A stretch of DNA of 64,000 nucleotides from Hyalangium sp. (GTDB lineage Bacteria > Myxococcota > Myxococcia > Myxococcales > Myxococcaceae): positions 9,761 to 73,760 of the forward strand of contig NZ_DASPHO010000392.1 in NCBI RefSeq assembly GCF_035629615.1, in the 5' to 3' direction. The notes beneath the pieces are model-generated. The model was not told the origin of the DNA. It did no database searches and worked only from the letters and a program-made list of their open reading frames with translations. The translations under genes and the position numbers were made by a program. This document shows positions 27,000 to 34,984 of this stretch, in pieces (position 1 is the stretch's first letter; the number at the start of each line of letters is the position of its first letter).

Positions 27000-28034
27000 G
27001 TGTCCGTGAACTCCTCACGCGTGGCCCTCTTCGCCTGTTGCCTGGTGCTCGGTGGGTGCCCGCAGGAGGGCGTTCCCGGAAGACAGTCCGGTCGCCTCGA
27101 GGGGCAGGTGGTGGGGTCCGGCAGCCCTCGGGGTGACGCGTACGTGTTCCTGTTCGCTCCGGGCGAGGGTCCTCCCAAGGGGCCGGCCACGCCTCGCTCC
27201 GTCACTGCCGTTCCCGAGCTGCGGCGGAGCGCCGGGGATTCCCGGTTCCTGTTTGCGGAGCTCGTTCCGGGGCCCTACCGGCTGTGGGGCTTCCTGGATG
27301 TGAACGGGGACGTGGATCTGTCCGTGGATGTGCTCGCCCAGCCTGGCGCCGGAGACTCGGTGTCGGAGGCGGGAGTGGAGGTGGAGGTTCCAGCGGGGAG
27401 CTTCGTGGAGCGGGAGCTGATGCTCACCCGACGGATGCACCATGGGCCTCCCGCCTTCCGGGTGACGGGGGAGGGGACCGATGGGGGCGTGGTGACGGTG
27501 CCGGACTCGCCGCTGGCGCTCACATCGCTCAACGTGGAGGCCGATGGGCTGGGGCTTCTGCGAGGGGAGGAGGCGCGGTTCTTCGTCCGGCTGCGAGATG
27601 CGGATGGAGATGGGAGCGCGGATGACCTGAACGGGGATGGGGTGCCGGAGCTGTTCCCCCAGTTCTTCCTGCGCTTCGTGCCCCGGCCAGGACAGGCGGT
27701 GCCGCTGCAGACGGATGGTGGGGCCTCGCAGGTCATCGTGCCCCTCGTCATCAACCCGGTGCCCTTCGTCACCCTCCTACAGGGCGACGTCACGCGCGAG
27801 GCCTCCGCCACGAGCGTGCAGCTCTTTGTCATCCCGGTGGCCCTGGCGGGGGTGACGCCGCTCGCGTCCATCCCCGTGGGCGAGTATCAGCTCTGGGCTC
27901 TCTCCGCCGAAGGCGCCTTCTGGTACGTGCCCAATGCGCTGGGAAGTCGGGACTCGGAGGCCCTGCGCTCCCAGGCCCTGCGGTTCCAGATCGTCCGAGG
28001 GGGCTCGCCGGACGGGGGGAATCCCGCTAGATAG
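27000..28034 (+). CDS. hypothetical lipoprotein
   Basis: GTG start. Lipobox ALFACCLVLGGC. The N-terminal beta-rich segment resembles carboxypeptidase-regulatory-like domains (GRLEGQVVG...AYVFLF). No function inferred. Confidence 0.6.
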   Translation: MSVNSSRVALFACCLVLGGCPQEGVPGRQSGRLEGQVVGSGSPRGDAYVFLFAPGEGPPKGPATPRSVTAVPELRRSAGDSRFLFAELVPGPYRLWGFLDVNGDVDLSVDVLAQPGAGDSVSEAGVEVEVPAGSFVERELMLTRRMHHGPPAFRVTGEGTDGGVVTVPDSPLALTSLNVEADGLGLLRGEEARFFVRLRDADGDGSADDLNGDGVPELFPQFFLRFVPRPGQAVPLQTDGGASQVIVPLVINPVPFVTLLQGDVTREASATSVQLFVIPVALAGVTPLASIPVGEYQLWALSAEGAFWYVPNALGSRDSEALRSQALRFQIVRGGSPDGGNPAR

Positions 28035-28068
28035 GCGCGCGCCTCACCGACTCCACCCGAGGAGATCC

Positions 28069-28635
28069 ATGTCTCAGTCCAACAGCCTGGACAACAAGTA
28101 CGAGCTGGCCCTGCGTGACCTCGCGCTCGGCTACCCTGGTGCCCACGAGGACATGCCGTGGGGCCACCGCGCCCTCAAGGTGAAGGGCAAGGCCTTCCTC
28201 TTCATGGGACATGAAGGGGGCGGGCTCGGGCTCTCCGTGAAGCTGCCTCAGTCCAACTCGGCGGCGCTGATGATGCCGTTTGCCACGCCCACGGGGTACG
28301 GCCTGGGCAAGAGCGGCTGGGTCTCGGCCAGCTTCGCCAAGGGCGAGAAGCCTCCGATGGAGATGCTGCGCCAGTGGGTCGACGAGAGCTACCGCGCGGT
28401 CGCCCCGAAGAAGCTCGTGGACCAGCTCGGCAGCAGCTCGGTGGCGGCGGGGCAGGGCGCTCCGAAGAGGAACGAGGCCAAGGACAGTGCCAAGGGAGCC
28501 TCAGCGCGTAACAAGCCCGCGGCGGCGAAGAAGGCCGCGAGCTCCAAGAAGGCAGCAGCACCCAAGAGGCCCGCGGCGGCCAAGAAGCCCGCGGCCCGCA
28601 AGCAGGCGGGGACGCGCGCGAAGCAGGTGCGCTGA
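28069..28635 (+). CDS. MmcQ/YjbR-family protein with C-terminal Ala/Lys/Pro-rich histone-H1-like tail
   Basis: GGAG before ATG 28069. LALGYPGAHEDMPWGHRALKVKGKAFLFMG matches the YjbR-family pattern. Tail: KPAAAKKAASSKKAAAPKRPAAAKKPAARKQAGTRAKQVR. Confidence 0.7.
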   Translation: MSQSNSLDNKYELALRDLALGYPGAHEDMPWGHRALKVKGKAFLFMGHEGGGLGLSVKLPQSNSAALMMPFATPTGYGLGKSGWVSASFAKGEKPPMEMLRQWVDESYRAVAPKKLVDQLGSSSVAAGQGAPKRNEAKDSAKGASARNKPAAAKKAASSKKAAAPKRPAAAKKPAARKQAGTRAKQVR

Positions 28636-28651
28636 GAGACGGCTCGAGGCC

Positions 28652-30205
28652 TCAGCTCAGCCGGTGCACCCATTGGAAGTAGGTGCTTCGGGGATCCGGT
28701 AGCGGGTCTCGGAAGAGGGCGCGAATCTCCGCCTTCTCCACCCGGCCCGTGTCGAACGCCCGGTACAGCGCCTCTCCGAGCAGGTACCCCAGGGCGTGGC
28801 TGACCCCGTGGAAGAGCCGGTCCCGCCGCAGCGGCAGCAGCTTTACCGCCTCGTCCGGTCCCTCGGACTCCGCCGCCTTGTGCGCCAGCACGAACGCCGC
28901 GATCTGCCGCTCCACTCCTCGCATCCGCGCCACCCGCCGGGCCCACTCCGCCAGCCCTGCGCATCCGCGCCGCGGGTTCACCAGCTTCGAGCCGAAGAAG
29001 CCCAGCGCCTCCTCCATGCAGCGCGCGTAGAACGCCTCGGACGCCCGCCGGGGCACCTCCATCGCGTCCCCTACGGCGCAGTGCCGCACGAAGTGGGCTG
29101 CCTCCTCCGCCGCGTGGTTCAGCGACAGCGACGCCAGGTACGCCATCCGCGCCCGGGGGATGTAGCTGCTCTCCCGCGAGAGGATGTGCCGCCGCAGCTG
29201 CGCCAACTCCGTCTGCGTGAACCGGCCGCGCTGCTGGATGCGCGCCAGCACATCCCCATCCGCCGCCGTCGCCACCTCCACCTCTTCCAGGGCACGGCCC
29301 ACCTGCACGCCCGCCAGCCGCGCGATCAGGCTCGCCATCTCCCGGAAGCGCTCTGCTGCGCTTCGATCCCGGAGAGGTGCATCCCCCGCCTCGGCCTCGA
29401 GGTAGTCCAGGAAGCTCTGCTGGCACACCACCGGTGAGGCGTTGAGCAGGCAGAGCGAGCCATCCGCCAGCTCCGCGGCCTCCACCGCTCCGGCCTGGCC
29501 CTCTCGGGCGAGCCGCCAGTAGACGCCCTCGCAGTTCTGGTACACCACCAGCCCGCTCCGGGCGTGTGCCTCTCCGAGCGCTCGCTCCACCTGGGCAGGC
29601 AGGTGACAGGGCGCCACATGGTACTGGCCCACCAGCACCAGCACCTGCGGCCGATCCTCCGCTCGTGCCACCCGCGCGATGCGCTCCGCCGCATACGCGT
29701 CCCGGAGCTCGAGCGAGCGCTTCCCCTGGACCCGCCGATCGATGCCCACCACCTGCAGCCGGTGGCGCCGGGCGAAGGCGAGCAGGGGACGGAAGCCGGA
29801 CCATCCGTCCAGCCCAGGGCCCGGCGCGCGGCCGAGCCGCTCCAGGAGTGTGCGCTCAGGCAGACGCCCTGTCAGGTAGTCATCCAACGAGGCCTGGTGC
29901 CGCCCCTCCACGCACTCGAGCGCCATGACCACCCGGCGGCCCGACTCCAGGGCCCGCTCCACCAGCCCCAGGTACGTCTCCTGAGCCAGGGGAAGGGTGT
30001 GGTAGTCGCCCACGTACACCACGTCCGCGGCCCGGACCCGCTGGTGGACTGCGGAGAGGGGGAGCGCGTGGCGGTAGCTGGCCGTCCGCCGCCGGTACCG
30101 GGCCTCGTAGGCGCGGAAGGCGGACGTCTGGCCGTCGACGGCACGGGCAATCTGTGCCTTCTGCCGGCGAAAGAGTGCGAGATGGAGGGCGAGCGACGCG
30201 CGCAT
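28652..30205 (-). CDS. ChaN/Tiki-superfamily (haem-binding-uptake-like) domain protein with C-terminal extension
   Basis: ADVVYVGDYHTLPLAQETYLGLVERAL...VVMALECV...LVGQYHVAP resembles the ChaN/erythromycin-esterase/TraB (Tiki) GxxH pattern. No signal peptide seen. Confidence 0.5.
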   Translation of the reverse strand: MRASLALHLALFRRQKAQIARAVDGQTSAFRAYEARYRRRTASYRHALPLSAVHQRVRAADVVYVGDYHTLPLAQETYLGLVERALESGRRVVMALECVEGRHQASLDDYLTGRLPERTLLERLGRAPGPGLDGWSGFRPLLAFARRHRLQVVGIDRRVQGKRSLELRDAYAAERIARVARAEDRPQVLVLVGQYHVAPCHLPAQVERALGEAHARSGLVVYQNCEGVYWRLAREGQAGAVEAAELADGSLCLLNASPVVCQQSFLDYLEAEAGDAPLRDRSAAERFREMASLIARLAGVQVGRALEEVEVATAADGDVLARIQQRGRFTQTELAQLRRHILSRESSYIPRARMAYLASLSLNHAAEEAAHFVRHCAVGDAMEVPRRASEAFYARCMEEALGFFGSKLVNPRRGCAGLAEWARRVARMRGVERQIAAFVLAHKAAESEGPDEAVKLLPLRRDRLFHGVSHALGYLLGEALYRAFDTGRVEKAEIRALFRDPLPDPRSTYFQWVHRLS

Positions 30206-30319
30206 GGAAGGGAGAAGCGCTGATCAACGTCTCATGTGCCGTCAGGGGCGGCAAAAAAACGGCGTTCTCGGCCCACCCCCCTTCCTTGACTTCACCAGCA
30301 GTGGCAAAGGACCATCGCC

Positions 30320-33187
30320 ATGCTCTTGAAGACCGCTCTCGCACGAACGACTCTGATGGCTGTCGTGCTCCTCGCGGCGTCCCCCGCGCGCGCCGAGGAG
30401 CAGGCGGTCTTGTTGCATTCTGCGCCCGGCAAGGCCGAGCCCAACCGGCCGCTCCGGCTCGAAGGGACCCTGGTAGATGACGCCCGGAAGGCGACGGAGC
30501 TGATCATCCGCTACCGTGGCCCGGGCGAGCCCTACGCCGAGGCAGCCATGGAGCGGCAGTACGGCGATCTGTACCGCGGCGCCATCCCCGCCGAGCACAT
30601 GATCCCCCCGGGCGTCGAGTACTACATCGAGGCCGTCTACAAGGGGGGCGAGCGCGTGCCCGTGTTCCACTCGGACGCCAAACCTACTCGCGTCATCGTC
30701 CCGGGAGAGCTCCCGCGCCCCAAGGTGGCCGTCGTAGAGCCCCGGGAGCCACCGGCACCCCCGCCGTCTGCTCCTCCCGCCAAGGGCACCTCGCGAAAGA
30801 AGGAGCCTGAGCCCGACGAAGCCCTGGCCGTGCTCTCGGCCGATGTCTCCAGCGAGCTGCAGCCGCCCGAACCTCCCGCCCGACCCAATGGGCGCAAGTC
30901 CCCGGGCGCGGCCGCGGCCAGGCCTGCCCCCTCGAGCGCCCCCGCTCCCTTGAGCGACCCTGCTCCCCCTGCCACTCCGGCGGCTCCCCCGGTGGAGCCC
31001 CTGGAGCCGATCAACTTCGAGCCTCCGGAGGCCTTGGGTGGAGCGAAGTCCCCGTCGCGCTCGGAGCTGGAGGAGGACCTGGCCCTCTACAGCGCGGAGG
31101 ACACGCTCGCGCTCGCTACGCGCCACACGGAGTCCGTGACGCGGGTGCCCGCCATCGCCGCGTCCTTCGGGCGCGATCAGCTCCGGGCGCTCGGTGCGCG
31201 GACCGTGGCGGATGTGCTTGATGTGGTGCCCGGGCTCACCGTGAGCCGGGATGTTCAGGGCTTCCACCGCGTCGCCATTCGCGGGCTGCGCAACGACGCG
31301 GAGGTGCTCTTCCTCCTCAACGGACACCGGCTCAACAACTTCTTCGATGGGCGGGCGCTGCTGAACCTGCCGGTGGAGAACCTGGATCGCATCGAGGTGA
31401 TCCGGGGCCCGGGCTCCTCCCTCTACGGGGCGGGTGCGTTCCTGGGCGTGGTCAACATCGTCACCGATCGCAGCGAGGGCGTGCGTGTCTCGGTCTCGGG
31501 CGGCGGCTTCCCCGAGCGAGGCGAGGAGCCGTTCGCCCCGACGCTGGACGCCCATGCCTCCTCGGCCGTCTCTGCTGGGGGCCTTCGTCTCTTCGGGGAT
31601 CTGGACGTGTGGGTCCAGTCGGGCGACTCCTCACCCGTCGTCAACGACTCGCTGGACCAGGACACCCTCAACCAGAACCTGCGTCAGGCCAACCAGCCGG
31701 CCGGCAACACCCATGACAAGCGCCTGCTCCTCAACGTTGGCCTCGGCCTGTCCTACGATCTCGGCACGGCTGGCCGCTTGAACTCCTCCATCCGCCTGCT
31801 CACCGAGGACCGGACCGCCCTCGTGGGGCTGTTCGACACCGTCGGCGAGGACTCGGACCTGAGCTGGACGGTGGCGATGCTGGACCTCGAGTACGAGCGG
31901 GCCGTGGCCGACGGCATCCTCCTGCGCGTGCGCGGCTACGCGGATCAGCAGAACACCGACCGCCTCTTCCAGCTCGCCCCGGACGGCTTCCGCACCGGGG
32001 AAGGGGCGGACCAGGTTTTCCCGGATGGCCTGCTCGAGCAGACGCGCGTCACCGTGCGCACCCTGGGCCTGGGCATGGACTCGGACATGGTCCTGGGCCA
32101 CACCAACCGTCTCTCCGTGGGCCTGGTGGCCGAGCTGCAGATGCTCGCCAGCTACGAGTACGAGACGAACTACACCCTCGACAACCGGGTCCTACCCACG
32201 CTCGCCCCGCCCGCGGGGCTGGTGAATGTGAAGGACATCGCCGACGGGGCCGCCGCCCAGCGCATGACGCTGGGGTTCTTCGCCCAGGATCAGTGGACGG
32301 TGATCAGCCCGCTGACGCTCACCTTCGGCCTGCGCGTGGACGCCACCCAGCTGCCCACCACGGATGACGCCGGCGTCATCTCCGGCACCCGACTCGTTCC
32401 CAGCATCAACCCGCGCGCGGGCCTCGTCTTCGCCGCCACCGACGCGCTCGTGCTCAAGGCGCTCTACGGGCGCTCCTTCCGCTCCCCCACGCTCCAGGAG
32501 CTCGTGGAGCGCATCCCCGACACCGACTACAACCAGGGCCGCTTCGAGGGTAACCCGACGCTGCGCCCCGCCACCGTGGACACCGTGGAGCTGGGGGTGG
32601 ATGTCATCCAGGCCGCGGGAGACTCGCGCGTGCGCCTGCGTGGCAACCTCTTCTACGAGAGCTTCCGCTCACCCATCATCCCCGTGGACACCTCCGGCAA
32701 CATCGTCCCGCTTCGCAACCGAGAGCTGGGAGTGCGCGTGATTGGCGTGGAGGCCGAGGCCCGGCTCGAGGCCTCCAAGCGCGCCAACGCCTGGGTCAAC
32801 GCCTCCTTCTTCCGCGCCGAGGATCTGGAGCTGCCCTCGCAGTCGCGCCTGCTCACTGACACCCCCCAGGCCCGCTTCAACGCCGGCGTGTCCATGCCTA
32901 TTGGCGACTGGGTGAACTTCGACGTGGTGGTGCGCGCGGGCGCTGAGCGGCGCAACAACACCCGCTCCGTGCTGGAGCTGATCCGCCGCTACCAGATCCC
33001 CGCCTACAGCCTCATCACCGTGCAGCTGCGCACCGAGCCCATCGCCGAGCACTTCGAGGCCTCGCTGGTGGCGCAGAACCTCTTCGACCATGACCTGCGC
33101 GACGACGTGCCCCGGCCGGATCGCGTCCCGGGCCTGCTGCCGCGCGAGGGCCAGTCCGTCTACCTCACCCTGAGGGCTCGCTACTGA
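30320..33187 (+). CDS. TonB-dependent outer-membrane receptor with ~270-aa N-terminal extension
   Basis: Signal peptide MLLKTALARTTLMAVVLLAASPARA. Plug motifs VADVLDVVPGLTV, AIRGL, DRIEVIRGPGSSLYGAGAFLGVVNIVT. C-terminal aromatic ...YLTLRARY. Confidence 0.85.
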   Translation: MLLKTALARTTLMAVVLLAASPARAEEQAVLLHSAPGKAEPNRPLRLEGTLVDDARKATELIIRYRGPGEPYAEAAMERQYGDLYRGAIPAEHMIPPGVEYYIEAVYKGGERVPVFHSDAKPTRVIVPGELPRPKVAVVEPREPPAPPPSAPPAKGTSRKKEPEPDEALAVLSADVSSELQPPEPPARPNGRKSPGAAAARPAPSSAPAPLSDPAPPATPAAPPVEPLEPINFEPPEALGGAKSPSRSELEEDLALYSAEDTLALATRHTESVTRVPAIAASFGRDQLRALGARTVADVLDVVPGLTVSRDVQGFHRVAIRGLRNDAEVLFLLNGHRLNNFFDGRALLNLPVENLDRIEVIRGPGSSLYGAGAFLGVVNIVTDRSEGVRVSVSGGGFPERGEEPFAPTLDAHASSAVSAGGLRLFGDLDVWVQSGDSSPVVNDSLDQDTLNQNLRQANQPAGNTHDKRLLLNVGLGLSYDLGTAGRLNSSIRLLTEDRTALVGLFDTVGEDSDLSWTVAMLDLEYERAVADGILLRVRGYADQQNTDRLFQLAPDGFRTGEGADQVFPDGLLEQTRVTVRTLGLGMDSDMVLGHTNRLSVGLVAELQMLASYEYETNYTLDNRVLPTLAPPAGLVNVKDIADGAAAQRMTLGFFAQDQWTVISPLTLTFGLRVDATQLPTTDDAGVISGTRLVPSINPRAGLVFAATDALVLKALYGRSFRSPTLQELVERIPDTDYNQGRFEGNPTLRPATVDTVELGVDVIQAAGDSRVRLRGNLFYESFRSPIIPVDTSGNIVPLRNRELGVRVIGVEAEARLEASKRANAWVNASFFRAEDLELPSQSRLLTDTPQARFNAGVSMPIGDWVNFDVVVRAGAERRNNTRSVLELIRRYQIPAYSLITVQLRTEPIAEHFEASLVAQNLFDHDLRDDVPRPDRVPGLLPREGQSVYLTLRARY

Positions 33188-34017
33188 TGAACCGCCTGTC
33201 GCTCGCCGCTCTCCTGGCCACCGCGCTCGTCCCAGGGCTTGGCTGCCTGGCCTACAACGATCCGTGCCAGCCCCTCGTGGACGATCCGGATGCCGTGCTG
33301 GGCTACCTGGGCGAGGACATCTACCTGGAGCGGCCCTTCGCCCGGCATGACAACCACGCGCTGGGCCAGCTCGCGGCGGATTCCTACCAGCACATCGAGG
33401 ACGACTCCTCCCTCCGGGCTGTGCTGGGCGTCGTCAACGGGGGCTCCATTCGCGCCGAGGGGCTGTGCATCACCCGCACCATGCTGCCCCATGGCCCGCT
33501 GACGGACGGCGTCCTCCACGAGGTGCTCCTCTTCGAGAACCAGGTCGTCACGGTGAACCTCACGGAGAAGGAGCTGGTGGACATGTTCGAGCACTCGGTG
33601 GGGGCGCTCCTCCCGGCCGGGCAGCCCGTCCCCAACCCCTCAGGGGCGTTCCTCCACGTCTCCGAGAGCACCACGCTGCGCGTGGACTGCGAGTACCCAC
33701 GCGGCCAGCGGGTGCGGGAACTCACTGTGGGCGGCACACCGGTGCCCCTGCCTCCCCGCGGGGATGCGGTGGCCCGCTACCGGGTAGGCATGACCAGCTT
33801 TCTGCTCGGAGGGGGCGACGGCTACGGGCCCATCTTCGGCACCGCGGGACAGGACCCTGCCCGCAACCCGGTCTACTCCCAGAAAGAGGGAGGAGTGGAC
33901 TCGAACATCGTCGCTGCCTACATGAGGGCGACGTATCCCACCGAGGCTCGGCCCCTGCGTGAGGCCGAGCGCATCGTTTTTGAGAACTGCGCGAGGCCCG
34001 TCCGGCCCACACGCTGA
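33187..34017 (+). CDS. lipoprotein with 5'-nucleotidase C-terminal (substrate-binding) domain only
   Basis: The ATG overlaps the receptor stop (TGATG). Lipobox LVPGLGC. NGGSIRA...LPHGPLTDGVLHEVLLFENQVVTVNLTEKELVDMFEHS...MTSFLLGGGDGY is typical of the 5'-NT C-terminal domain. No metallophosphatase half. Confidence 0.7.
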   Translation: MNRLSLAALLATALVPGLGCLAYNDPCQPLVDDPDAVLGYLGEDIYLERPFARHDNHALGQLAADSYQHIEDDSSLRAVLGVVNGGSIRAEGLCITRTMLPHGPLTDGVLHEVLLFENQVVTVNLTEKELVDMFEHSVGALLPAGQPVPNPSGAFLHVSESTTLRVDCEYPRGQRVRELTVGGTPVPLPPRGDAVARYRVGMTSFLLGGGDGYGPIFGTAGQDPARNPVYSQKEGGVDSNIVAAYMRATYPTEARPLREAERIVFENCARPVRPTR

Positions 34018-34038
34018 GGGCCGGGCGGGCTCAGCCCC

Positions 34039-34284
34039 TCAGGGCTTGGGCTCACCGTCGGGCGGAGCCGCCACCGCTGCTACCGGCACGGGGACCGGCT
34101 TGGGGGCCGGGGTGAGCACGTCATTGACCGAGGGCATCTTGCGGATGTCACCGCGGGCCACCTTCCAGGCCTGCTGGACGATCCAGGAGAGCGAGCGATC
34201 CTGGCGAGTCGCCTCGCGCTGGATCTCCTCGAGCATGTCCTCGGGGAAGTAGAGACTTTGCTTACGATGGTCAGTGGAGGACAT
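34039..34284 (-). CDS. small ribbon-helix-helix (CopG/antitoxin-like) protein, paralogue B
   Basis: 81 aa. MSSTDHRKQSLYFPEDMLEEIQREATRQDRSLSWIVQQAWKVA = beta-strand plus two helices typical of RHH. An AGGAG SD overlaps the upstream gene's stop. Pro/Val-rich tail. Confidence 0.7.
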   Translation of the reverse strand: MSSTDHRKQSLYFPEDMLEEIQREATRQDRSLSWIVQQAWKVARGDIRKMPSVNDVLTPAPKPVPVPVAAVAAPPDGEPKP

Positions 34285-34292
34285 GCGGTTTC

Positions 34293-34496
34293 CTACTCCT
34301 CGCGAGGATCTTGGCGTTCGTCGCCGGTGACGTCGTTGACGGCCGGGAAGGACTTGATTCGCTCGCGGGCGATCTTCCACGCCTGCTGCACGACCCAGGA
34401 AAGGGAGCGGTCTTGCCGGGTCGCCTCCTCCTGGATTTCCTTCAACATCTCTTCGGGGAAGTACAGCGATTGCTTGCGCTTGTCGGTGCCAGCCAT
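34293..34496 (-). CDS. small ribbon-helix-helix (CopG/antitoxin-like) protein, paralogue A
   Basis: 67 aa. MAGTDKRKQSLYFPEEMLKEIQEEATRQDRSLSWVVQQAWKIA. About 75% identical to paralogue B over the first 56 aa (manual alignment). Acidic tail. Confidence 0.7.
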   Translation of the reverse strand: MAGTDKRKQSLYFPEEMLKEIQEEATRQDRSLSWVVQQAWKIARERIKSFPAVNDVTGDERQDPREE

Positions 34497-34547
34497 ACCG
34501 AGTCTCCGGAGCGGATGCGAGGTGACGACCTGAGACACACTGGCGGG

Positions 34548-34576
34548 GTTATCCGACAGACGCCCCAGCGGGTCAA
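34548..34576 (-). promoter_or_regulatory. candidate sigma-70-type promoter for the RHH pair
   Basis: Minus strand reads TTGACC-17 nt-GATAAC, about 50 nt upstream of ATG 34496. Pattern match only. Confidence 0.3.
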
Positions 34577-34707
34577 CGGTTTCAACGACTCCCCTTCATA
34601 AGCCGAGGGTGTGACACCGCGCAGCCTTTCTGCCCCATGTAGAAGCGTCGTGGCTACGTGAAATCCCTGGAACCCGCGCGCAAAACGTGCTGGAGGCCCA
34701 AAAGGGA

Positions 34708-34820
34708 AACGCCCCGGGCCTCGAAAGCGAGGCCCGGGGCGTTCCGGAAAGAGGGACCGCGAGGAACAAGTCCTTGCGGTCCCGTGGGCCCAGAGGGGGA
34801 GGGGGGGGACCCCTAGGCCC
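34708..34820. other. three consecutive GC-rich stem-loops (candidate structured RNA, orphan terminator or REP-like element)
   Basis: SL1 34708-34743: perfect 16-bp stem AACGCCCCGGGCCTCG/aaag/CGAGGCCCGGGGCGTT. SL2 34753-34783: GGGACCGCGAGGA/acaag/TCCTTGCGGTCCC (one G-T pair). SL3 34786-34820: imperfect, with a G-rich loop. On the minus strand SL1 is followed by TCCCTTTTGG. Confidence 0.6.
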
Positions 34821-34984
34821 AACGCCATGAAATCTTGAAAATCATCCTTCTCAACACCGGCGGGCGCGCCCCCCATTCCGCTCCTGAATCCGGTAGGGAG
34901 ATCATAAGAACCACCCCCAGTACCTTCAACCGATGGCGCATGGGTAAACGCAGCCGCCGGAAAAACCATTCCCCCTTCTGTTCG

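Noticed and set aside
34015-34041. The inverted repeat TGAGGGC...GCCCCTCA between the 5'-nucleotidase-like gene and the RHH gene as a bidirectional terminator.
   Set aside because: The stem is short and bulged, is built from the two stop codons themselves, and lacks flanking T/A tracts. The evidence is too weak to call.
34791-34815. The G-run cagagggggaggggggggacccc as a G-quadruplex.
   Set aside because: Only two long G-tracts are present. The run is more simply the loop and stem of the third hairpin.
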